From contig NC_068983.1 in NCBI RefSeq assembly GCF_001194135.2, positions 60,188,298 through 60,242,679 of the forward strand: 54,382 bases of DNA. Reading direction: 5' to 3'. Below, piece by piece: positions 12,393 to 25,804 of the stretch; the first letter of the stretch is position 1; each line of letters opens with the position of its first letter. The notes under the pieces are model-generated. The model saw only the letters and a program-made list of their open reading frames with translations. It had not been told where the DNA came from and searched no databases. A program made the translations under genes and the position numbers. This DNA is from Octopus bimaculoides. Its lineage: Eukaryota.

Positions 12393-15300
12393 GTCAGCTA
12401 ACTTTTTCTCACCTACAACTTTAATCTTTATGCTCTTCCACACTATTGACTGTTCAACTAATACAAGCTGTTCTTGAATAAAAGGAGACATTTGAAAAAA
12501 AATCATCAAATTTATCCCAAATATACCATATATGCAGATTCCTATCCAGGGTGTAACTTTAAACTGCATTTGGTAGTGAGGCCTTGGTTGAGGAGTTCCA
12601 GGGTTTTGAAGAGCATGGAACCACCTCTTAGCAACTATTGCTCCCAGATCTACTCTGATCCAAAGTAGTAGCATTTGAAACGATCTCAGTTATGGTCTAA
12701 TTAACATGTTATGGAAGAAACTCCAGACACAAATCCTCATTATGTCATGAGTGCTTAGGGAAAAGAAAAGGGTAGGGGAGTCAGGGTCAACTGTAAATCG
12801 AAGAGTCCTGGTGCCCACTCTGACATTCCTCCAGCAACTCCAGGGTTGAGGGAGCTCTCCAGCACTGTTAAGGCAAATCACTCCAATGTAAAACCTACAG
12901 CGTGCTGGTCACTGCAGCTGTCTTAGATCTCTGAGCCACTGTGGTCAGACCTGCAAGTCTAAAGAGTACGATTGGATTGCATTGGCCAACTGTCCCTTTA
13001 AAACTACAAAGCACAAACATGAAGAAAAGCTCTGCAGCATCAAAGATTGGTCTTGCTGCTATCATCATAATATATGACAAGTTGAAAAGAATCTATGTAC
13101 AACCACTTAGAATAAAAAAAAACAAAAAAAAACAAGGAAACAAATATAAGTCTACGAGAGAATGAACACTTAATCCATAATCATTAGTCCACCATAGGCA
13201 AACAATAAACCTTATTTTGTCAGACTAACGATTATGGATGAAATGTGTGTGTGTGTGTGTGTGTAAAAATATACATACGCACATATATACATGTGTGTCA
13301 GTCAAGATAAAACACAAAAAGGAAGCATGTTTTGACTATAACATTGTTGCATTCCATTAAATCAACCACAATATACCACAGTGTATAGGCCAGCCTGAAA
13401 CTGGATATACTTGCAGACCAAGTAGAACAAAGACAGCAAGTAGCTGCTACCATCTGTTCATTTGTCTATGTAAGTGATAGAGAACATAAGCAGAACTTCC
13501 AGGGCCACTTGAAAATTATTAAAAATACAATATAGAACACAAATAACAGAGATATTTTTGTATTTAAAAAAGTGAAACAAAAACAAAAGTACAATAAAAA
13601 TTATTAAATGCTATCAGGAAATTCAGCCAAGGCAGGAGTATGGTGTGATTCTGAAGGACAATTAAAGGTTCAAAGATTCCACGAGTTATCTGTTCTGTTT
13701 ATGATACATTATTGATAATAGACTGAAGTGTAATGATGTCATTATTTAGCACGTTTACACTACCTACAGTATTTGTCAATGAAATAGGTTTAATGTCAGT
13801 CGAGAGAAAACTTACATTTTCATATACTATTCATTCTGCATCAATTTATTGTATTAAAATGCTAATGGAAAATTCCTGTTGTAGAAACGGTCTGTCAGTG
13901 TGGAAAAGTGAGTGGGAAAAGTTTATGCACAACAGAGAGAGAGAGAGAGAGAGAGAGAAAGCAGAAGAGGGAGGGAGTCAAATGAATGCTATCAACACAT
14001 GCACACACATACAAACACTACTGGTGCACATATATGCACATCATCACCTGCATTTTGTAATGTCCACTTCTCTGTACTTACATGGGTTGGATGGAGTATA
14101 TTGAGGCAGATTTTCTATGACCAGATGCCCTTCCTCTTGCCAACCCTCACCTGTTTCTAAGAAAGGTAGTATTTACTCATGGCCAGACATGTTTCACACA
14201 GAAAGTTGGAAATGAATGACACACTTTGTAGGACAGTGATAATTATTTTTCAACAATTATGCCAAGTCAAGATAAGACAAACACACACACACAAAAAACC
14301 TCCTGGTTTCTGTCTACCAAATCCACTCACAAGGCTTTGGTCAACCCAGGGCTTAGCAGAAAACCCTTGTCCCAGGTGCCATGGCGTGGGACTGAAACTG
14401 AAACCATGGGCTTGGGAAGCAAACTTCTCAACCACACAGCCATGCCTCCACCTATGACACACAGACAACAATTAGCTGGGTCTTTCTGCGTATATGTGAG
14501 AGTGGGGGTGTATGTACATGTGCACACACCATTAGCATGCAGATGAGTGGAAACTAAACAAAGACATATTCTAACAAAAGAATATTGTCTATCCTCAAGG
14601 AAAATACTCCATTTCAGTCATTTGTTTAATTTGATTTCTTTTGGTGGGTTACAAACACTTCATTTAATGGCTCTCAGGACACCATATTTGCTCATGCATA
14701 AATCGCATTCGTCCAACCCATGCTAGCATGGAAAGCGGACGTTAAACAACGATGATAATGATTTTAAGTGAAAAAAGCTTTATAAGGCAATATGTCATAT
14801 AAGTTTAGGGCAGCAAGCTGGCAGAATCGTTAGCACGCCGGGCAAAATGCTTAGCAGTATTTCACCTGCCGCTACGTTCTGAGTTCAAATTCCGCTGAGG
14901 TCGACTTTGCCTTTCATTCTTTCGGGGTTGATTAAATAAGTACCAGTTACACACTGGGGTCGATGTAATCGACTTAATCCCTTTGTCTGTCCTTGTTTGT
15001 CCCCGCTACGTTTAGCCCCTTGTGGGCAATAAAGAAATAAATATGTCATATAATTTATAAACAAAACATTTAAAATACTGTATTGGTTTGTAATACTTAG
15101 TGGTTGTTTCCAATTAAACCATGGACTTTTCACATGGCCAGTTAGTCTATAACTAACAGTATCTACTAAACACCACTTACAGATTTAGAAAGCCGCAACA
15201 ACTGGATCATTAAAACAGTGAAGTTTATTGTCATCATCATCGTTGTTTTGCAACCAATTTTCTGTACAGCCATGGCTGGACAGTTTTGTTGAAGTGTCTT

Positions 15301-16315
15301 AGAAAACAGCACAGCTCCCATGACTTTCAGATACATTTTTTTCACACTCAGAGTTGCTGAAGCATGGAACAAACTACCTGTATCAGTTGTTAGTTGCTGA
15401 GACATAGCATCCTTTAAAACTTCCATGCGTCCTACACTACACCTGATATCCCCACCTCCATACACATGCACACATAATTACTATGACTCATACACTGTTC
15501 ACTTTCCTGACTTTTGTACATAATTCTATGCACTGTACATCTTTGATGAGTTGTAGTACACCTGAGCACTATACACAATAATTTCATTATTATTATTATT
15601 ATTATATACAACACAGAAAAACAAAGCAATGCCAATACCTGTTATTGCATAAAACATTTTGCATTTTATGGTATTGGTTTTTTAGAACTGGATGCCTTCT
15701 TTAACTACTTCACAGAATGGACTGAATGAATGAGAGAGACAATCAAATTATCTAGCTTGCTTATAAACTACATGAACCAGGCAGATTTCAGGGACAAATA
15801 TGTCCAAAGTTCCTGTTTACAAGTGGATTCTCAAGCCTCCAACAGGAAAACATTCCACATAGCAATGGAATTGTGTCGTTATGAGATTGATAGAGATACT
15901 TAAAATAGATTAAACTGGATAATATCTGGTTCATCATCATCATCATCGTTTTAAAATCCATTTCTCCATGCTTGCATAGGTTGGATGGAATTTGTTGCAG
16001 ATTTTCTACAACTGGATGTGCTTCCTATTGCTAATCCCAAACTATTTCCAAGCAAGGATACATTTCCCCATGACCGGACATGTTTTCACAGAATATTGGA
16101 AATGAATGACATGTGATGTCAAGACAAGGAGACACAAACATACACACATACATCACACAATATATATCTCTATAGCTGAGATTGACTTTGCCTTTCATCC
16201 TTTCAGGGTCGATAAATTAAGTATTTGCTGCATACTGGGTCAATCTAATCAACTGGACCCCGCTCAAAAAATTTCAGGGCTTGTGCCTAGAGTAGAAAAG
16301 AATATATACTCGGAA

Positions 16316-16535
16316 ATGAAGGCGGTGAGCTGGCAGAAACATTAGCAAACCAGGTGAAATGCTTAGCAGTATTTTGTCTGTCTTTACATTCTGAGTTCAA
16401 ATTCCACCGAGATTGACTTTGCCTTTTATCCTTTCGGAGTCGATAAATTAAGTACCAGTTGCGTACTGGGGTCGATCTAATTGACTGGCCCCCTCCCTAA
16501 AAATTTCAGACCTTGTGCCTAGAGTAGAAAAGAAT
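16316..16535 (+). mobile_element. tRNA-derived SINE family C. Other copies: 14812-15040+, 24490-24690-, partial at 9275-9410, 16170-16305, 51455-51560
   Basis: ggcggtgagctggcagaa...gagttcaaattcc (B-box-like)...ctttgcctttcatcctttcggggtcgataaattaagtaccag shared among copies. Confidence 0.8.
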
Positions 16536-17094
16536 ATGAGTAGCCATCTAACTCCTCTACAGCATGAAACCTGTTCAGGCCCTTTCTCCTCTAGCATAAA
16601 GCCAACATTATGTGTGTAGGTGCATGGCCTTGTGGTTTGAGTGTTGCACTCACAATCACTAGATCATAGGATCAATTCTCAGACTGGGCAGCATGTTGTG
16701 TTCTTGAGCAAAACACTTCATTTCCTGCTGCTCCAGTCCATTCAGTTGTAAATGAGCAACTCTGAGACGGACTGGCCTTCCAATCAGGGGGAATATTGGC
16801 CTGCTTACCTAGCCAGTCGGGTGGCATCATTTGATAGCTAAAAAAAATAAAAACAATGCCAAGTGCATTGTGACAAGTGATGTATAACAACATCTCATAG
16901 TCTGGTCAGTCATGTGATATATATGAATTAATTGAATGACAGGAGAACTTCATCAGCTTATAGCTGTTTCTGTTTTAAGAGGCAGTGCATTCCTTCTCAT
17001 AGCAGAAACAGCTATATGGCAATGAAGTTGATTACAATCATTCGTAAATATATTGACTTCTAACAAAAGATTATTTGCATCATTATGTGTGAGA

Positions 17095-17787
17095 CAGACA
17101 GACAGACAGCTAGATAGATAGAGAGACAGACAAGACAAGACAGATAAGACAAGACAAGACAGATAAGACAAGACAAGACAGATAAGACAAGACAAGACAG
17201 ATAAGACAAGACAAGACAGATAAGACAAGACAAGACAGATAAGACAAGACAAGACAGATAAGACAAGACNNNNNNNNNNNNNNNNNNNNNNNNNNNNNNN
17301 NNNNNNNNNNNNNNNNNNNNNNNNNNNNNNNNNNNNNNNNNNNNNNNNNNNNNNNNNNNNNNNNNNNNNNNNNNNNNNNNNNNNNNNNNNNNNNNNNNNN
17401 NNNNNNNNNNNNNNNNNNNNNNNNNNNNNNNNNNNNNNNNNNNNNNNNNNNNNNNNNNNNNNNNNNNNNNNNNNNNNNNNNNNNNNNNNNNNNNNNNNNN
17501 NNNNNNNNNNNNNNNNNNNNNNNNNNNNNNNNNNNNNNNNNNNNNNNNNNNNNNNNNNNNNNNNNNNNNNNNNNNNNNNNNNNNNNNNNNNNNNNNNNNN
17601 NNNNNNNNNNNNNNNNNNNNNNNNNNNNNNNNNNNNNNNNNNNNNNNNNNNNNNNNNNNNNNNNNNNNNNNNNNNNNNNNNNNNNNNNNNNNNNNNNNNN
17701 NNNNNNNNNNNNNNNNNNNNNNNNNNNNNNNNNNNNNNNNGACAGATAAGACAAGACAGATAAGACAAGACAGATAAGACAAGACAG
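17095..17787. repeat. Compound (GACAA/GATAA)n satellite spanning a gap
   Basis: Visible tandem units on both sides of N-run 17270-17740. Confidence 0.9.
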
Positions 17788-18568
17788 ATTTCTTTATTTA
17801 GCCACACATGCTTAATACAGAAGGGACAATACATTGTAAAATTTTTCTTTTTCGAAATCAATCAAAAGGGATAAAAAAAAAAAAAAGGGACGTTTTTGGA
17901 CACAAATAGATAACAAGGTGATTTTTTTTTAACAATTTGAATTCCCAAAAGGGGGAGAAAATATAACATTGACTAGATTTATCCATGGAAAGAAAAACGT
18001 ACAAACAATAACCACGGTAACCTCGGCAAAAGGGAAAATCTCTGAGAGCAAAGTGCCCTCTCTCTCTCTTTGTTTGTTTTATAGGTTAATGCTCAAAGTG
18101 CTTCCATCATTCATGTGTACCATTTTTGCTACATTCACCCACCTTTTATTAACTCTTTCATTAGACAAAACTTCCCTCTCTACTCTTACCTTTCTTTTCA
18201 AGTAATTCTCAAAAAAGTTGATGAGAGATTGACCAGAGAGGAAAGTATTTGTCTCTAAACCTTTCAAACAAGTCCACCACACACATTCTTTCACCATAGC
18301 TACCAGTACGATGAAAACTGCCTTACCTTCCTGGTTAAAGGAAGGTGGCAGAGCAATATTGACAACAGATTCAGGTGACAAACGGATTTGTACCACATGC
18401 GACAGCAGCTGTTTAAACAAGTCCACCACACACATTCTTTCACCATAGCCATCAGTACGATGAAAACTGCCTTACCTTCCTGGTTAAAGGAAGGTGGCAG
18501 AGCAATATTGACGACAGATTCAGGTGACAAACGGATTTGTCCCACATGCGACAGCAGCTGTTTAAACA
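17787..18568 (-). mobile_element. Tx1/L1-clade LINE ORF2 C-terminal fragment with 3' end
   Basis: Minus frame AVFIVLVAMVKECVWWTCLKGLETNTFLSGQSLINFFENYLKRKVRVEREVLSNERVNKRWVNVAKMVHM...L*, followed by an AATAAA-containing A-rich 3' end near 17790. Flanked by GACA/GATA satellites. The clade call is by motif recognition. Confidence 0.6.
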
Positions 18569-18569
18569 G

Positions 18570-19820
18570 ATGGATTAGGGAGATAGACAGACGGATTAGA
18601 TAGAAAGACACACAGACAGATTAGATAGAAAGACACACAGACAGATTAGATAGAAAGACACACAGACAGATTAGATAGAAAGACACACAGACAGATTAGA
18701 GAGACAGACACACAGGCGGATTAGAGAGACAGACAGACGGATTAGATAGACACACAGACGGATTAGACAGACACACAGACGGATTAGATAGACACACAGA
18801 CGGATTAGATAGACACACAGACGGATTAGACACATAAGACAGAACAGATAGATAGACACACAGAAGGATTAGATAAATAGACAGACAGATAGACAGACAC
18901 ACAGACAGACAGACAGACACACAGACAGACAGACAGATCAGATANNNNNNNNNNNNNNNNNNNNNNNNNNNNNNNNNNNNNNNNNNNNNNNNNNNNNNNN
19001 NNNNNNNNNNNNNNNNNNNNNNNNNNNNNNNNNNNNNNNNNNNNNNNNNNNNNNNNNNNNNNNNNNNNNNNNNNNNNNNNNNNNNNNNNNNNNNNNNNNN
19101 NNNNNNNNNNNNNNNNNNNNNNNNNNNNNNNNNNNNNNNNNNNNNNNNNNNNNNNNNNNNNNNNNNNNNNNNNNNNNNNNNNNNNNNNNNNNNNNNNNNN
19201 NNNNNNNNNNNNNNNNNNNNNNNNNNNNNNNNNNNNNNNNNNNNNNNNNNNNNNNNNNNNNNNNNNNNNNNNNNNNNNNNNNNNNNNNNNNNNNNNNNNN
19301 NNNNNNNNNNNNNNNNNNNNNNNNNNNNNNNNNNNNNNNNNNNNNNNNNNNNNNNNNNNNNNNNNNNNNNNNNNNNNNNNNNNNNNNNNNNNNNNNNNNN
19401 NNNNNNNNNNNNNNNNNNNNNNNNNNNNNNNNNNNNNNNNNNNNNNNNNNNNNNNNNNNNNNNNNNNNNNNNNNNNNNNNNNNNNNNNNNNNNNNNNNNN
19501 NNNNNNNNNNNNNNNNNNNNNNNNNNNNNNNNNNNNNNNNNNNNNNNNNNNNNNNNNNNNNNNNNNNNNNNNNNNNNNNNNNNNNNNNNNNNNNNNNNNN
19601 NNNNNNNNNNNNNNNNNNNNNNNNNNNNNNNNNNNNNNNNNNNNNNNNNNATAGATAGACAGACAGAATAGATAGACAGACAGAATAGATAGACAGACAG
19701 AATAGATAGACAGACAGAATAGATAGACAGACAGAATAGATAGACAGACAGAATAGATAGACAGACAGAATAGATAGATTAGACAGGCAGACAGACATAG
19801 ATAGATAGATAAGACAGACA
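18570..19820. repeat. Compound (GATA)/(GACA)-derived minisatellite spanning a gap
   Basis: Higher-order units such as gattagatagaaagacacacagaca and gacagaatagatagaca flank N-run 18945-19650. Confidence 0.9.
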
Positions 19821-21987
19821 GCATTTAACATCTCTTTTTCCATGCTAACTTGAACAGTTTGACAGGAGTAGGCAAGTCAGAAGCTTGCACCAAGCTCTAA
19901 TTGTCTTCTTTGGCATGACTTCTATGGCTGGATGTCCTTCCTAATGTCAACCACTTTATAGAGTGTACTGGGTGCACAGGAGGTATCACCAAGTAACTTC
20001 CAAGACACCCCAAGCCAACTGGGAGTGGAGGAAGTATTGAGGGAAGTGGCTTTGTGTCAGTTCATGATAGAGGAACAGAGACAGACATCTTGCTATAGTG
20101 GATATATATATATATATATATATAAACAGCTGCTATTTCTGAACTTCGGTATGTGGTGAAGCAAATATTTGCTGATCCCTAAATTATGTTTATAAATATA
20201 TATGAACTTTTAAATAAGTTCTCCACCGATAATGGTGCTTACATACCGAAGGGCTTGGTAAAAATTATTAATTGTTGATTTATTAATAAATTAATAAATT
20301 GATAATCCTTTTCCCTTTTAATTTGTAATATATATATATATATATATATATAAACACAAAAATGGGACAAGAACACAAAACATCCAGACAATTAGGTGNN
20401 NNNNNNNNGCTATAGTGGATATATATATATATATATATATAAACAGCTGCTATTTCTGAACTTCGGTATGTGGTGAAGCAAATATTTGCTGATCCCTAAA
20501 TTATGTTTATAAATATATATGAACTTTTAAATAAGTTCTCCACCGATAATGGTGCTTACATACCGAAGGGCTTGGTAAAAATTATTAATTGTTGATTTAT
20601 TAATAAATTAATAAATTGATAATCCTTTTCCCTTTTAATTTGTAATATATATATATATATATATATATAAACACAAAAATGGGACAAGAACACAAAACAT
20701 CCAGACAATTAGGTGATACAAAAAAAGGAACAACAAAACATCCAGACAGATGATACAAAGAAAACAAGGATGGGCCATTCGGAGTCTTACTATCCTCAGT
20801 CGAGATCCAGATTATCTTTGCAATTTTGGCTGGTTCTACTCGAGATTGCTCCAATCTGACCAGCCCCAAGGAAAAACTAAGCTAAGAGCATTAGATTCCT
20901 TGGAAGAAAGCAGCAAATATATATACGTATATACTTATGTGTGTGTGTATTTGTATTTGCACCAAAATACCAATTTCTACTCAGAAATAAAATTCCTGCA
21001 GCCTGTTAGTCTTGCTATAAAACATACGCTACTATCACTACACTCTGGTGTTAACAAACTAACTATTTTGATAAGCTTTGTAAACAATTGAATCCAGACC
21101 TCTTATATAAATCCAGAAATTCTCTTGTCTCACAGCAATCAAAGCAGGGAACCACTACAGACTAAAGTAGAACACTGAATCAAGAGTAGAAATTTAAACT
21201 AAACTAGATAAATCATCATCATCATCATTTCAAAGTTCACTTTTCCATGCTTGCATGAGTCAAAAGATATACATCAAAGTTGAATTTTCTACAGCTGGGT
21301 GCTCTTCCTGTCATCAACCCCCCCCCCCTCCGTTTCCAAATAAGGTAATATATCCTTTAATCTGATGAACACAAACAGCATAATGGCTAGGCGTGTTTCA
21401 CTGAAAAATGTAAATGGACAACACCACTTGTATGAGAGCAACATTTGTTTACAACTAGGATGCAGTGTTAAAACAGGGATACAACACACACACAGCAGGT
21501 TTCTTTCAGTTTCCATCTACCAAAATCCACTCATAAGACTTCTGTAGAGTTGGGGCTACAGTAGAAGACACATACCCAAGGTGACAAGCAGTAGGACTGA
21601 ACCCAAAGCTATGCGAGTACAAAGCAAACTCCTTAACCACACAGCCATTCATGAACCAACAAATACAGAAGAGTTTCATGGAGAATATTTTGAAGTTTAC
21701 ATTGTCAGAGATATTTAGTACTTGTTTGAAATGTGACATTATTTGGGTTACCCCAACAAGTGTTGAATTTGTTCCTTTCATGCCATAATTTACACAGGGC
21801 TGACAAAGGCATTCAATTTTCTGTATCTTATTCTTTCATATTTGTATATCTGCCAAAAGATTTTTTCTCCTGACAACATTCACTTCATTTACTTTTAACC
21901 CTTCTGGACTTTGTAATTGATAAGAATAACTTATGAAATCAACTTCCTTTCATTATCTTCTCCTAAATCCTATCTCTAGATGTTTAA

Positions 21988-22191
21988 CCCTTAAGCATTC
22001 AGATTACTTCTCTGTCAAATGTAATGCTAATTTATTCACATTGCTTTGAATTAATCGTGCATTATCTGCTAGGTTTCAGATTTCAATGATGTAATTGTTC
22101 ATTTATAGAATGACACCTTTTTCTGGGCAGTTTGAACATAAAACAAATAAAGTATTTGGACTGAATATGGCTGGTTTAAATGCCAAAAGGG
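21988..22191 (+). mobile_element. TTAA-flanked MITE (piggyBac-type); related copies at about 52095-52322 (inverted) and 4770-4950
   Basis: TTAA|cccttaagc ... gccaaaaggg|TTAA: short TIRs and TTAA at both ends (21984-21987, 22192-22195). Confidence 0.7.
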
Positions 22192-23435
22192 TTAAGCACA
22201 ATTTCAGCTTCAAATTCTATACCAATTATTTTCAATTTCATTTCAAACAACTTCATATCTACAAGAAAGATCCAGAACATAGAAATCTTATATATAGAAC
22301 ACTAACACCATACATATATATATATATATATGATCATCAATTTTCCATGGGTTGGATGGTTTGACATGAGCTGCACCAGGATTCATGGATTCATTGCCGG
22401 TTTTGGTATGGTTTTACAGCTGGATGCCCTTCCTAATGCCAACCACTTTACATATATATGTAAAATAAGTACCAGTTGAACACTGGGAGCCAATCTAATC
22501 AACTTACCAACTCCTCAGAAATTACTGGTTTTGTGCCAAAATTTGAAATCATTATTATTATTAATAAAATACAATACAATATTCCCATATCAACCACTTT
22601 ACCAATTGGTAAATATTATATTTCATTAATAATATGCCCAGATATACGAGTGCCTGTGTTTTCCGACTCATGGAATTTAAAATATATGTATATATAAATT
22701 TTATAATTAATTAATAATTATAATTGAGGGTACATGAAGCACCAGTGTACCATTTCACTGAAAGCACAAAAGGTTGAGGAAAATTGAGGGATGAGCTCAT
22801 TGGCTGACAAACGAGGTCACAGATATCCGTATCATACGATTTTGAACTTTGAGATGATTCTCTCAATTCTCATCTGTGACCTCATTTGCGACTATCAGCT
22901 ACAACGTTAATTTCTTTGCTCATCCTTCGATTTTCCTTGATCTATCATGCTTTCAGTGAAATGGTGGCTTATTAGAGTATTTTTTAACTCTTATTTACAG
23001 TAATGTTGGTGCCTCACATACCCTTAGGATTTGCCCTTTTATTGGCTTTAATGCTTGCTGGTCACTTATTTATTAATTAATAATAATATCTATCATCATC
23101 ATTGTTTAACGTCCGCTTTCCATGCAAGCATGGGTTGACGATTTGACTGAGGACTGGCAAGCCAGATGGCTACACCAGGCTCTAATCTGATCTGGCAGAG
23201 TTTCTACAGCTGGATGCCCTTCATAGCGCCAACCACTCCTAGAGTTTAGTGGGTGCTTTTACGTGCACCGGCACGAAGGCCAGTCAGGCGGTACTGGCAA
23301 CAGCCATGCTCAAAATGGTGTATTTTACATGCCACCTGCACAGGAGCCAGTCCAGTGGCACTGGCAACGATCTCGCTTGAATGTTGTTTCAGGTGCCAGT
23401 AAGGTGATGCTGGTAACGATCACGCTCAACTTATT

Positions 23436-23471
<36 letters not shown>

Positions 23472-25137
23472 AGCTATATCCAGTTTCCATCTGCCAAATT
23501 TACTTACAGGCATTGGTCAACCTAAGGTTATAGAAGACATTTGTCCAAGCTGCTGTGCAATGTGGTGTATTGAACCTGATACCACATGATCAAGAAAGGA
23601 ACTTCCTAGTCACACAGCCATGCTCTTTCTTCAGCTCTCTCTTCTAACTCTTTTGAAGGTTAGACATATTACTAATACTGGATTTACAAGATTAGGAAAG
23701 ACAATTGTTTGACAAAGTTACAGTGAAAGATTTACTTGTGATCTGATAGTTTTAGCTGAAGGTGATGTATGTCAAAATTACATCCTCAACTACCATGTAG
23801 CCCTAATCAAGCAAGCATGCGATCAAATGACGATCATAAATACTGGCATGGGACAAACAATTCAATAGCAGCAAGCAAGCCAGAAGACTAACTCAAACCC
23901 CAATGTCTGCTTTGGTAGGGTTTCTCCAGTCACTTTTACTGAGTGTACTGGGTGCTTTTTACATGGCACTGGCAGTCGTGGGGTCACCAAGTAATTTGTA
24001 ACACAAGATCCTTCAACTGAGCAAATGCAAATAGGATTGAGGAAGGTGGCTTTCTGCTAGATGATGAGAGGTTAAAAAATATGACAGAGAGACAGGATCA
24101 GGCATCTAGCTGTAGGAAGATATATGGTTACTCCAGTTGGAAAAGAAAGAAGATGAAAATACTTAACAAAAACAAAATTTATATTAATTATGTCATATGT
24201 AAACAAGCATAAGTTTGCTTTTGAAGTGCTGAAATGTATCATAGTACAAGAAGAAAAATACATTTTTCAACGCATAAGTACTGATAGAACAGCATATATA
24301 GGATAAAATTCTTACAGAGCAACCAGATTTTTCTGCTCTGTAAGGATTCTATCCTATATATGGCTGTTCTAACAGTATTTACACCTTGAAAAATATATCT
24401 TTCTACTTGTACCAAAATTTATAGTCTTTAAAATAGGAATGGAACAAAAACAAGAGAGTAAAGTGTCTTACCAAAGTGAAAATAATAAGGATTTAAAATT
24501 TTGGCACGAGGCCATTGATTTCAGAGAAAAGGGCAAGTCAATTACATCAACTGCAGTGCTTAACTGGTGTCTATTTTATTAACCCCGAAAGCATGAAAGG
24601 CAAAGTTGACCCCAGGAAATAAAGACAGAAGAAATGCTGCTAAGCATTTTACCTGGCATTGCTAATGAGTCTGCCAGCTCGCTGCCTTAGTAGCATGAAA
24701 ATATTATGATTTAAAAGAGCTGAAGACTAACACGTGTATAAATGCAAAGCTGGGCATTAAAGCAATAAAAATTATAAATCTATGGTTAAAAATCATAAAA
24801 CATAAGCAATCAATGGAGAAACTGAGAGTTGGATTCAATATTAAAGACTTTGGCAAAATATTTTTTGCAAACTTTCAGGTTAAACTTCCTAACTGCCTTA
24901 AACCATAATATACAGAGTGCCAATAATTGGCCTGGTTGACAAATCAGTTCCACTCAATGCTTCCAAGAATAAATCATTTCCCTCACTCTTCCTACTCATT
25001 GCTTATTAGTCCCAGCTCATCTTGGAGTGAGGCAAGCCTCGATTAGAAGCATTCCAGTCATGACCACCCTGACTTATTTTCATACATAATACATCAAAGA
25101 CTAAATTATCCAATGTCTTTTTCTAAGACATCAGAGC

Positions 25138-25804
25138 AGCAGTTCTCAGCCACAGCTCTTAAGGCCTCATGCGGCCCTCAACGGTCTTCTCTTTATAAAT
25201 ATAAATTTTTCTCTAATTTCTTTTTGTTTCACTTTTTTGGTGTGACCCTCCACTCCCACCCACCCACTAAAAAAACCCACGTTTTGGATCTAGTCCAGAT
25301 ATTAAAAAGGTTGAGAACCACTGCGTTAGAAGGTAGTCAAGGATTGCCCAGAGTGGTGTCACTCCCTTGTCAGTTCAAGACTGTCAACTATCACTAACAA
25401 GTCAGCTACTTAATTTTATCTCTTCTGGTTCAATAACAAGTACATGAAGATTATAATTAAAGATAAAAAGGCACAGAAAGAAAGACGCGGCAGGAACTGC
25501 AGTAGTTTTAAGCTGAAACAAGGAAATGAGGTGAATAACGTGAGTTATGACAAACAAAAATACTACAAAAAAGTTACTTTCAGTTTGTGGTAACGAACTG
25601 CGTATAGTAGTGGCTCTCAACCTTTTTAATATCAGGGTCAAATCCCAAACCTGGATGATTTGGCGATTTTTTGTAGGGGGCCGGACCAAAAAAAAAAAAA
25701 AAAAGTGAAGCACAAGTCAATTGAATAAAAATTTATTATATTTATAGACGGAAGATCGTCGAGGGATGCATGCGGCCCTGCGAGCTGCGGATGGGAAACG
25801 CTGG
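25138..25804. mobile_element. Two inverted copies of a hAT-like MITE (25138-25324 and 25608-25804)
   Basis: Termini ggttgagaaccactg and tagtggctctcaacc (CAGTGGTTCTCAAC-type hAT TIR); the interiors are reverse-complement homologous. A similar TIR fragment lies at about 42666-42705. Confidence 0.55.

Noticed and set aside
12474-13165. Cluster of 60-120 aa ORFs on both strands
   Set aside because: Apart from the maT relic ending at 12392, no coherent protein motif or splice-flanked exon; looks like decayed interspersed repeat.
16953-19843. Long 200-330 aa ORFs in the supplied track (also at 2926-3534, 26178-26724, 45909-46544, 53083-53916)
   Set aside because: They consist of N-runs and translated microsatellites.
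20092-20715. Exact 307-bp direct duplication (20092-20398 and 20409-20715)
   Set aside because: The identical copies flank a 10-N gap, which is typical of unmerged overlapping contig ends; most likely an assembly artefact.
20765-20805. Minus-strand ctgagga...ctccgaatggcccatc hammerhead-like string (and ccgataa...taccgaag at about 20225-20255)
   Set aside because: GAAA is altered and stem I does not pair convincingly; too degenerate to call.
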